DNA of 41,178 nt from a virus (taxonomy: Duplodnaviria > Caudoviricetes): IMG/VR virus record IMGVR_UViG_3300048851_000199, positions 1-41,178 of that record. One strand, written 5' to 3'. Positions within the stretch are counted from its first letter, which is position 1. Every line of letters begins with the position of its first letter. This document shows, piece by piece, positions 33,243 to 41,178 of the stretch. The position numbers were made by a program, and so were the translations under genes. The notes beneath the pieces are model-generated. The model worked only from the letters and a program-made list of their open reading frames with translations. It was not told the DNA's origin and did not search any database.

Positions 33243-35674
33243 GCCTGTCCGTCTGCATCGCGGGGCTGGTCGCCGAGGGGAAGATCCCCAAGGGCCAGGC
33301 AGAGGAAGCCGAGCGGCTTTACGCGCGCCACCTGTCAGGCCTGCAGCGCGACATGCCGATGATGGCGGCCGCCCAGCTCGCTAGCGACCGGACGATCGCC
33401 GGGCTCAAGGCGCAGCTCACGCGCAAGAAGTATGTCGCGGCGCTGGCGGTGCAGTCGCGTGAGAGGATTGGCGGCGACCTGCTGCGCTACAATGGCGGCA
33501 ACGGCTCTGGGCCGATCGATCCGCGCGCGGGACCGGCGCTGCTCGGGCCCGACGATCGCGCGCCCTACTCGAATGTCGATGGGCGGATGCGGGCGATCCG
33601 TGGCCGCGCGCACGCGATGATCGACGGCATCCTCGCCAAGCACTCATCGGACCTGCTCGGCCATGTGCGCAAGCCGGCCGAGCTCGCGGACCTCGTGCGC
33701 GAGCTGTTCAAGCCGGGATCCACCGGCAACCTCTCGGCTCGGGAAATGGCCCACGCCTGGTCGCAAACGGCGGAGATGCTGCGCCAGCGCTTCAATGCCG
33801 CCGGCGGCGATATCGGCAAGCTCGATGACTGGGGCCTGCCGCAGTACCACGATCCGCGCCTGGTGCGGCAAGCCGGCTACGAGGCCTGGCGCGGCGAGAT
33901 CGCGCCGCGGCTCGATCGCGAGAGGATCCTGGACACCGAAACCGGGCGGCCGCTGGACGACGCCGAGCTCGAGACGATGCTGCAGGAAACCTTCGACCGG
34001 ATCCGCTCGGATGGTTGGTCGAAGCGCGATCCCGGCGTGCAGGGGCAATCGATCCTCGCGAACCGCCGGGCTGAAAGCCGCTTCCTGATCTTTAAGTCGG
34101 CCGACGACTGGATGGCCTACGAGGACCGGTTCGGCGCGGCGACGGCGTTCGATGCGATGATGGGGCACATCGACGGCATGGCGCGCGACACCGCCATGCT
34201 GGAGGTGCTCGGGCCTAATCCGAGCGCGACGGTCGGTTGGCTCAAGGATACGATCAGCAAATCGGCGGCGACAGACACCGCGCCGAACAGCAAGGCGCCC
34301 GATGCTGCCCACGCGGCCGGCAAGCAGATCGACCGCCTTCTGGGAGAAATCACCGGATCGAGCACGCGGCCTGAAAATCGCAATCTGGCGTTGACCTTTT
34401 CGACCCTGCGCAGCCTGCAGTCGGCCGCGAAGCTCGGCGGCGCTACGCTCGGCGCCGTCACCGATCTCGGCTTCGGCGCAACGACGCGGGCCTATAACGG
34501 CCTGCCGGTCAAAAACATGCTGGTCGACTATGCGAAGCTGTTTCGCCCGGGCGCGATCGAGGATCAGAAGCTCGCGGTGCGCCTCGGCCTCATCGCCGAG
34601 GAATGGTCGAACCGCACCGCCGCGCAAGGCCGGTTCCTGGGTGAGGAGCTGACGGGCGAAGTGTCGCGGCGGCTTGCCGAGGGCGTCCTGCGGGTCTCGG
34701 GCCTCTCACGTTGGACGCAGGCCGGGCGCTGGGCCCACGGCATGCAGCTGATGGGCGCAATTACCGAGGCGCGCGGCAAGGCCTTCGATGCGCTGGACGG
34801 CGGCTTCCAGCGCATGCTCGAGCGCAACGGCATCGGGTCGGCCGAGTGGGACGCAATCCGCGCCACTCCGGTCGAGCGCGATCGCGGCGCCGACTGGATC
34901 TTCCCCAGCAACATCGAAAACCGCGAGCTCGGCGACCGCTTGCTCGAGATGGCATCGCGCGAGGCGGATATGGCCGTGCCGACGCCGGACGTCGCCACTC
35001 GCGCGATGATCAATTCTGTCGCGCCGCGCGGCACCTGGCACGGCGAGATCATCAAGAGCGCCTTCCTGTTCAAGAGTTTCGGCATCTCGCTGATGCTGCA
35101 GCACGGCGCCCGCGCCATGTCGCTCGCTGGACCCAACCGCCTTCGCTACACCGCCGGCCTAGTCATCGGCACGTCGGCAATGGGTGCGCTCGCGCTGTGG
35201 CTCAAGGATCTTGCGGCGGGCCGCGATCCCCGCTCGGCGATGGAAGATGGTCACCTCTCCGCCGGTTTCATCGGGCAGGCCATCGCGCAGGGCGGCGGGT
35301 TCGGCCTGTTCGGTGACTTCGTCAAAAGCGCCGAAAGCCGCACCGGTGGCGGCGTCATGGGCGCCCTCGCTGGCCCGTTGATCGGGGACGCGGAGGCGAT
35401 CGCGAACATCTACCGCAACAAGAACCACGGCGGCGCGGCCTTCAAGTTCGTGCGGTCCGAACTGCCAGGCGGCTCGCTCTGGTATGCGCGCCTCGCCTTC
35501 GATCGCCAGGTCGCTGACCAGGTGCAGGAGATGGTGGATCCGCAGTACCGCCAGTCGTGGAAGCGCATGCGCAAGTGGGCGGACGAGCAGGGCACCGACT
35601 TCTGGTGGTCGCCCGGCGAGAACTCGCCCGACCGGGCGCCGGATCTGACCAACGTAGCGGGAGCTCACCAATGA
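33239..35674 (+). CDS. Large internal virion/ejection protein
   Basis: 811 aa; FNAAGGDIGKLDDWGLPQ.HD, RFLIFKSADDW, FLFKSF and QGGGFGLFGDF motifs. Confidence 0.8.
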   Translation: MSLSVCIAGLVAEGKIPKGQAEEAERLYARHLSGLQRDMPMMAAAQLASDRTIAGLKAQLTRKKYVAALAVQSRERIGGDLLRYNGGNGSGPIDPRAGPALLGPDDRAPYSNVDGRMRAIRGRAHAMIDGILAKHSSDLLGHVRKPAELADLVRELFKPGSTGNLSAREMAHAWSQTAEMLRQRFNAAGGDIGKLDDWGLPQYHDPRLVRQAGYEAWRGEIAPRLDRERILDTETGRPLDDAELETMLQETFDRIRSDGWSKRDPGVQGQSILANRRAESRFLIFKSADDWMAYEDRFGAATAFDAMMGHIDGMARDTAMLEVLGPNPSATVGWLKDTISKSAATDTAPNSKAPDAAHAAGKQIDRLLGEITGSSTRPENRNLALTFSTLRSLQSAAKLGGATLGAVTDLGFGATTRAYNGLPVKNMLVDYAKLFRPGAIEDQKLAVRLGLIAEEWSNRTAAQGRFLGEELTGEVSRRLAEGVLRVSGLSRWTQAGRWAHGMQLMGAITEARGKAFDALDGGFQRMLERNGIGSAEWDAIRATPVERDRGADWIFPSNIENRELGDRLLEMASREADMAVPTPDVATRAMINSVAPRGTWHGEIIKSAFLFKSFGISLMLQHGARAMSLAGPNRLRYTAGLVIGTSAMGALALWLKDLAAGRDPRSAMEDGHLSAGFIGQAIAQGGGFGLFGDFVKSAESRTGGGVMGALAGPLIGDAEAIANIYRNKNHGGAAFKFVRSELPGGSLWYARLAFDRQVADQVQEMVDPQYRQSWKRMRKWADEQGTDFWWSPGENSPDRAPDLTNVAGAHQ

Positions 35675-37836
35675 CCGTCGCAGCCAAGGCGCCGATCGCC
35701 GAGCATCTCGAGAACGGGGTCACGGCTTCGTTCCCCGCCCCGTTCCGGTTCCTGGACGCCTCCGACCTTGAGGTGACCCGCATCGGCGCGGGCGGGTCGA
35801 GCGCCGTGCTACCGCGCGGCGTGGCGTGGACGGCCGCAGGCGGCGCCACCGATCAGGGTGGCGCCGTGACCGTCGCTCCCAGCTTTCTCGCGAGCGGAAC
35901 CACGCTGCGCATCCGGCGCGTCACAGCGCGGGCGCAAAAGGCGGATTACACGACGGCGGATACCTTCCCGGCCGAGAGCCACGAGGCTGCGCTCGACCGC
36001 CAGATGATGATCGCGCAGGAGCAGGACGCGATGCACGTCGACCTCGCCGATCGTAGCCTGACGGTGCCGATCGGCGAGCAGGGTTTCCAGCTGCCTCCCG
36101 CCGCCGAACGGGTGGGCTATGCGGCGTGGCAAGGCGGCCAGCTGGTGGGTGCTCCCTTGCCGACCGGCATCGTCGGCGCCAACATTCTTGCGACGGTAAG
36201 TTCGCGCGCGATGATGGCCGCGCTCACTGGTGTCACGCCCGGAGTGGTCGTATACTTGGATGAGGGGGCCCGTAGCGGCTTCTTCGTGGCGCGGCCCGGG
36301 GTGCTGAACTTCGAGGACCCGTTGCAGGGCCTGTACGTCCAGGCAGTCGGTCATTACTGGGCGCGGATCTGGGATGACATGAATGGTCGGCCCGAGTGGT
36401 GGGGCGCCGTAAGCGGGTTCACCGGCGACGGCGGGCTCGACGCGATCCGCGCCACTGCGAACCTGCTGGCGCTAAATGCTTGCGTCGATCTCTGCCGTAT
36501 CGTCCACCTCAAGGGCGATCCTTACGTGCTGAACGACACATGGTGGATCAGCAAGCCCCACGTTTCCATTCGTGGCACCAGCGCGGCGATCGAGGACGGC
36601 AACGGCACGATGATGGTGCAACTCGACCGCACCAAGAACATCATTCGCGTCGGCGGTACGAGCATGAGCGATTTGCGCGCGCGCATCTCGATCGAGCAAG
36701 TCGGTGTTCGCTGGTGGAATGGCGGTCCAGTCCCAGCGGAGAACCCGATCCATGATCCCCGCGGCTTCGACGTGCGGTACTGCTTGGCCGCCGACCTGGA
36801 CTACCCGTTTGTGTTCGACCCTGTCTTGGGCTTCTACTTCTACGGCAATATCGCGACCCACGTTCGCAACTCGGGAGCGACCCGCTTTAGCCGCTACGGC
36901 CTCAACGATCGCTATCGGGGCTACTGGTGCGGTGGAGGCGGTCCGGACGGTTCGGGCGGTAGCTTGCCAGGCTTTGCGGGACAGAACGCCTCGCTCTATT
37001 TCCACGACATCAATTCCACGATGGGTGGCGACGCTCAAGCCGCATCCATCCAGGATCTTCCCGCGGTCGGGCTTTTTGCAGACGGAGACTTTGCGGACCT
37101 GTTCGTCGATGGCTTCGAGACCTCCGGCGTGCCGCGCTCGCTGCACTTGGACGGCACCGGTTTCGTCGGCCACTGGGACACGCGCTTCAACCGGCTGACC
37201 TTCGACCAGGGCGACGAGGACGGCTGCATCAAGATCGAGGGAACGAGCCCACGGACCAAAATCAAGTTCAACGATGTGTACCTGCAGTTCAACCAGGGAG
37301 CGGACGACAGCCCCTCGGCCGGCTCCAACCGGGCTATCTGGATCGAGAATACCGGAGGCATGATCTCCTTCGCAAACCTCGAGCTGCTCGGCGGGGGTGA
37401 CAAGTGCCGGGGCGTGTACACCAAGAATGCGGCCAATATCGTGTTCACCGAGACGTGTGTGATCGATGGCCCGGCCTACCCAGTGACTGCCGACGTGGGC
37501 TGCAAGAACTTTACGTTCAAGGGCACGATCTTCGATGGCGGCAACAGCAGCGGCGGAACTCGGGCGGCGATCAGCATCGTTGCGTCCGTGGGCGCCGACC
37601 TGCGCCCGACGATCCAGAGCGACGGACCATCCAGCTTCTCGGCCGGCATCAACTTCATCGGATCGGCGCACGTCTCGGCCACCATGGACGCGACGAAGGT
37701 GGATATCGGGGCGATCTCCGACGGCCGCAAAGTTGTGATCAATGGTCAGAACATCACCACTGTCGGCAGCTTCGCGGCGGACGGCAGCCCGACGACGGCG
37801 GGCCACGGCATCGTGGCCTCGGGAGTGATCACCTGA
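35671..37836 (+). CDS. Tail fibre/spike: T7 gp17-like N-terminal anchor plus a probable beta-helix depolymerase
   Basis: NGVTASFPAPFRFLDASDL...FPAESHEAALDRQMMIAQE anchor; RPEWWGA head motif; Gly/Asn/Asp-rich beta body. Confidence 0.85.
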   Translation: MTVAAKAPIAEHLENGVTASFPAPFRFLDASDLEVTRIGAGGSSAVLPRGVAWTAAGGATDQGGAVTVAPSFLASGTTLRIRRVTARAQKADYTTADTFPAESHEAALDRQMMIAQEQDAMHVDLADRSLTVPIGEQGFQLPPAAERVGYAAWQGGQLVGAPLPTGIVGANILATVSSRAMMAALTGVTPGVVVYLDEGARSGFFVARPGVLNFEDPLQGLYVQAVGHYWARIWDDMNGRPEWWGAVSGFTGDGGLDAIRATANLLALNACVDLCRIVHLKGDPYVLNDTWWISKPHVSIRGTSAAIEDGNGTMMVQLDRTKNIIRVGGTSMSDLRARISIEQVGVRWWNGGPVPAENPIHDPRGFDVRYCLAADLDYPFVFDPVLGFYFYGNIATHVRNSGATRFSRYGLNDRYRGYWCGGGGPDGSGGSLPGFAGQNASLYFHDINSTMGGDAQAASIQDLPAVGLFADGDFADLFVDGFETSGVPRSLHLDGTGFVGHWDTRFNRLTFDQGDEDGCIKIEGTSPRTKIKFNDVYLQFNQGADDSPSAGSNRAIWIENTGGMISFANLELLGGGDKCRGVYTKNAANIVFTETCVIDGPAYPVTADVGCKNFTFKGTIFDGGNSSGGTRAAISIVASVGADLRPTIQSDGPSSFSAGINFIGSAHVSATMDATKVDIGAISDGRKVVINGQNITTVGSFAADGSPTTAGHGIVASGVIT

Positions 37837-37894
37837 TGGCGGGCAACGCGGTGATCGAGGCACATCAACCAGTTCTACGAGGAAGGCGCTAGCA

Positions 37895-38611
37895 ATGGCC
37901 TATCAGCAGTTCGATTTGAGCGGGCCGGTGGGGAGCCAGCAGTACTCGTCGGCGCTCGACTTGTCGGCCGGGCAGACGGCGCAGGCGCGTTTCAGCAGCG
38001 CGATCGCGGAGGCACTGTACTTCGAGATCAGCCGTAACGGCTTGACCACGCGCGAGCTGATAAGAGGCGCCGGCGTTGCTACCTGTGGCGTGATCGGGCC
38101 TGCCAGGGTCAGCCTGGTGGCGAAGATCGGCCATAGCAGCAACCGGGTTCTGGGGATCATCGAGACCGCGGGCATCGCGGAAGCCGCGCTGCCCGCCCCG
38201 GCCCCGTCGATCGCCTTCGCCTCGCCGACAATGAGCGTGCCCGAGGGTGTCGGCTCGATCGCGAACACAATCCTTCTGACGCGCGACGGCCTTGCCGGCG
38301 ATGTCGCCGTGAACCTGCTCTACGGCGGCACGGCTGCGTACGGGATCGACTACGAAAAGCTGCCTCGGTCGGTCACGGTGCCAGCGGGTCAGAACAGCGT
38401 CTCGTTCCATGCCTGGATCGTGCCCGACCTCGCCCTCGAGCCTGACGAGACCATCATCATATCGGCCGTGCTGCCCGCTTATCCGGCTGCAACGGCAACT
38501 AAGACGATAACTATAGTGGATCGGTCGGGCGTCCCCGCCACCGCCCTTACTTTCTCAGACGGAACACCGCTCCAGTTCTCGGACGGTAGCTATTTGGAGT
38601 TGGCAGCATGA
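37895..38611 (+). CDS. Calx-beta-domain structural/adaptor protein
   Basis: FASPTMSVPEG...GTAAYGIDY...VTVPAGQNS...DLALEPDETI...TITIVD. Confidence 0.8.
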   Translation: MAYQQFDLSGPVGSQQYSSALDLSAGQTAQARFSSAIAEALYFEISRNGLTTRELIRGAGVATCGVIGPARVSLVAKIGHSSNRVLGIIETAGIAEAALPAPAPSIAFASPTMSVPEGVGSIANTILLTRDGLAGDVAVNLLYGGTAAYGIDYEKLPRSVTVPAGQNSVSFHAWIVPDLALEPDETIIISAVLPAYPAATATKTITIVDRSGVPATALTFSDGTPLQFSDGSYLELAA

Positions 38612-40065
38612 CTATCCCTCTTCCTGATCAAATCAATGGATCACCTGCCCGCAAAATGGAGTTCGATGCTGCTGTCGGGGCGGCGTACAAGCTCAAGCCT
38701 CTGGCTGAATGGGCACGGCGCTACCAAGGCTTGCAGCCGCTGCCGGCCGTCATGTCGTCACCTCCGACGATCACGGTGGGCGCGAGCAACGGCGCCTCGG
38801 CGATCACCGGCATCGCGAACTCTGCGAATGTGACCCCTGCGGATGCTCGGCTGTCCTACGTCGGTCCCGGCGGGTACGACGGAAACTACTGGGGAAGCGC
38901 ATCTGGCTTTGTCGGCAACCGCGTAAAGTTTGCCCTTTCAGGCCGGCGTTTCGAGATGCGGCTCCAAAGCTTCTTCGGCGAGGGCGTTTCGATCTACGTC
39001 GATAAGCAGCTCGTGAGCAAAGAAGGACCGCCAAACGGTGGCCCGTGGTGGGCAATGACCCAAGGCGGCAACCATCTGGTTCTGGTCGATTTCGGCGCCA
39101 ACACGTATATCTCGTATGCTGCTCTTGTAGAGAGCATCACCACCGGGGGCTCCGGCTATGCCAAGGGGGATGATGTTCCCCTTGCTGGTGGAACCTCAAC
39201 CACCCCGGTCGTCCTGCGCGTTCTAGACGTTGACGGTAGCGGCAAAATCACGGCTGCGACGGTCAAAACGCCTGGGTCTTATTCGGTAGCTCCGACCACG
39301 GCCATGTCACAGGCATCGACTACCGGAACGGGCACAGGCGCGACGTTCACGATCGCATGGGCGCGCTTGAATAGCACACATAAGGCTCGTCAGATCGAGA
39401 TCGTCTTGGATCGCGGCGTCCAGTTCGGCGGTCTGAATATCGACAATGACTCTACGCTGCTACCCGTTGTTAGCGCTGGTCCACGCACTGACGTTGTAGG
39501 CGATAGTTTCATCGCCAACTTGGACGCGGATTATGCGGCCGGTAACTGGTTTGAGCAAACGGCTACTTATCTCGGGCTGCGCGACAACTATGAACGCAAT
39601 GGCGTAGGTGGCAGGGGCTGGGTTGTCTCACCTCTCACAGATGCCAACGTCGATGCGATTGTCGCACGCAATCCAGATGCGCTTGTCTGGGCGCTTGGCA
39701 TCAACGATGATCTTACCTCTCAGGACCCCGCCGCTATTCAGGCGCGTGTAACAGCCGTCCTGAATAGCGTTTTGGCTCGCCTGCCCTACACCCCGAACGT
39801 TGTCCTTACCGGCTACACGAATGCGAACGGACGCGGTTCAGCGGTTAAGGCGGGTGCGCTGGCAGCTGCGGACCAGAGGCGAGTGCGTGTGATCGATATG
39901 GATGCGGCTCGTATCTACAAGGCCGGCGTCACCAATACGCCATACGTGACGAGCACTGCGGTGCACCCTGGACAGGATGGGCACGATTATCTCGGGCTTC
40001 AGCTGGCTCCACCGATCGGCGCTGCGCTCCGGGAAATGGTGAGTGTGCTGGCTGGGGATGCCTGA
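38608..40065 (+). CDS. SGNH/GDSL esterase-domain receptor-binding protein
   Basis: Blocks VVGDS, NGVGGRG, LGIND and VHP...GH; markedly lower GC. Confidence 0.85.
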   Translation: MTIPLPDQINGSPARKMEFDAAVGAAYKLKPLAEWARRYQGLQPLPAVMSSPPTITVGASNGASAITGIANSANVTPADARLSYVGPGGYDGNYWGSASGFVGNRVKFALSGRRFEMRLQSFFGEGVSIYVDKQLVSKEGPPNGGPWWAMTQGGNHLVLVDFGANTYISYAALVESITTGGSGYAKGDDVPLAGGTSTTPVVLRVLDVDGSGKITAATVKTPGSYSVAPTTAMSQASTTGTGTGATFTIAWARLNSTHKARQIEIVLDRGVQFGGLNIDNDSTLLPVVSAGPRTDVVGDSFIANLDADYAAGNWFEQTATYLGLRDNYERNGVGGRGWVVSPLTDANVDAIVARNPDALVWALGINDDLTSQDPAAIQARVTAVLNSVLARLPYTPNVVLTGYTNANGRGSAVKAGALAAADQRRVRVIDMDAARIYKAGVTNTPYVTSTAVHPGQDGHDYLGLQLAPPIGAALREMVSVLAGDA

Positions 40066-40111
40066 GCGCCGCAACCCACACGCACCCCATGATCGACCGG
40101 GAGCCTAGCTG

Positions 40112-40480
40112 ATGCCTGAAACACCCGTTCCCATCATCTCGACAGGGTTCGGATGGACCGCTGCTGGGGCGTGGCTGACGGCTGTCACGGCACTCATTGG
40201 CTTGGTGACCCTAATCGTGCGCCAGGTAGGCCCATGGAAGAAGCAGACAACCGATGCGGACGAGAAGCTACGCAGCGACCTGATGGGCCGGTGCGATGGT
40301 CTGGAAAAGCAGGTCGACGCCCTCCGAACCGAACTCACGGCGCATCATGATCGCTGCGACAGGATCATAGCCGAGATCCGTGCCCAGCACGCGCTGGAGA
40401 TGCATGACCTGCGCGAGCGGCACCTCGTAGACTTGGCGAACGCGCTGACCCGCAAGATAGAGAAGGAAGCTGGCTTATGA
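40112..40480 (+). CDS. Holin-like membrane protein
   Basis: Single TM segment plus coiled coil; ATGA overlap with the endolysin. Confidence 0.6.
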   Translation: MPETPVPIISTGFGWTAAGAWLTAVTALIGLVTLIVRQVGPWKKQTTDADEKLRSDLMGRCDGLEKQVDALRTELTAHHDRCDRIIAEIRAQHALEMHDLRERHLVDLANALTRKIEKEAGL

Positions 40481-41178
40481 CCGATCCTCGGACACCCATT
40501 TTCGACGCCGTCCGCGCGACGGCGAGGCCAGGCCTGTTCAACGATCCCGGCAACATGGTAGCGCTGCACAACCTGCTCGACGCTTTCGACGTGCCGCGCG
40601 ATGCCAAGCACACGCTGGGCGACGCCGCCGCGTTCTTCTCGTCGGTGCGGGAGCTGACGGGACCGCTCGACACGGTGCAGGTTTCGACGATCAACGGGCT
40701 GCTGGTGTCCGCCTCGCACTGGCCGATCGGCTTCCTGGCCTACGGGCTCGCGACGGCATGGGGCGAATGCAAGCTGCGGCCGATCGATGAGATCGGCAAG
40801 GGCAAGGGCAAGCCTTACGGCGCGATCGGGAAGTACGGCCAGGCGCCCTACGGTCGCGGCCTGGTGCAGCTCACCCATGACAGCAATTACGAGTGGGCCG
40901 ACAAGGAAGCGGCGAAGGCTGGGCTTATCAAGAAGGGCGAGATCCTCGCCGACTTCGATCTGGTCAAGCGACCCGACATCGCGGCGCTGATCCTCGTGCG
41001 CGGCATGGAGCAGGGCGCTTTCACCGGCAAGAAGCTCGCCGACTACATCCCGGATCGCGGCACGCCGGCGCAGTTCGTGCAGGCGCGGCGGATCATCAAT
41101 ATCCTCGATCGAGCGCAGCAGTTCGCGGGCTATGCCGAGCACTTCCAGGATGCCCTCGATGCGGGGAGGTGGGCATGA
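40477..41178 (+). CDS. Endolysin, GH19-like lysozyme fold
   Basis: AYGLATAWGE, YGRGLVQLT..SNY, GM..GAFTGKKL and ARRIIN..DRA. Confidence 0.88.
   Translation: MTDPRTPIFDAVRATARPGLFNDPGNMVALHNLLDAFDVPRDAKHTLGDAAAFFSSVRELTGPLDTVQVSTINGLLVSASHWPIGFLAYGLATAWGECKLRPIDEIGKGKGKPYGAIGKYGQAPYGRGLVQLTHDSNYEWADKEAAKAGLIKKGEILADFDLVKRPDIAALILVRGMEQGAFTGKKLADYIPDRGTPAQFVQARRIINILDRAQQFAGYAEHFQDALDAGRWA

Larger units (their letters stand above)
820..41178. mobile_element. Temperate podovirus-like prophage (BPP-1/epsilon15-type head-tail module); right end outside the window
   Basis: Integrase, cI/cro, primase/helicase, terminase, portal, capsid, tail tubular A/B, ejection proteins, tail fibre and lysis genes in canonical order, with no tape measure gene and no obvious frameshifts. 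Confidence 0.95.

Noticed and set aside
37836-37892. 18-codon mini-ORF coupled to the tail fibre stop
   Set aside because: Too short with no distinguishing features; probably chance or a recombination scar
35671-41178. Diversity-generating retroelement, expected by analogy with BPP-1
   Set aside because: No reverse transcriptase, Avd or TR/VR repeat pair is visible in the window; one cannot be excluded beyond the right edge

Overview
The window holds two host genes at the left end (a DUF2842-like membrane protein and the 5-formyltetrahydrofolate cyclo-ligase ygfA/fau, both - strand) in a high-GC alphaproteobacterial genome, probably Sphingomonadaceae. They are followed by about 40.3 kb of an apparently intact temperate podovirus-type prophage with BPP-1/epsilon15-like morphogenesis genes. 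The prophage appears to be integrated in the 6S RNA gene (ssrS) that normally precedes ygfA; only the ssrS 3' end seems to remain at ~820-853. Gene order: tyrosine integrase; a leftward early operon (DUF5131, GcrA-like HTH, GapR/DUF2312, DHH phosphoesterase, MazG-like protein, three tiny membrane peptides, Xis-like protein); a cI/cro switch with 17-bp operators; Toprim primase and P-loop helicase; a 1.35-kb intergenic block with a structured segment, an iterated origin-like element and a possible packaging region; TerS/TerL, a RyR-domain fusion, portal, scaffold, capsid, tail tubular A/B and four ejection proteins; a three-gene receptor-binding module; holin-like gene and GH19-like endolysin. 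The right end of the prophage lies beyond the window. The most notable items are a 1118-aa ejection protein combining lytic transglycosylase, ParB-like and a low-GC ADP-ribosyltransferase-like module, the ssrS integration site, several candidate counter-defence or host-mimic genes, and three candidate structured RNAs. All family assignments come from motif recognition by eye; no searches were run.
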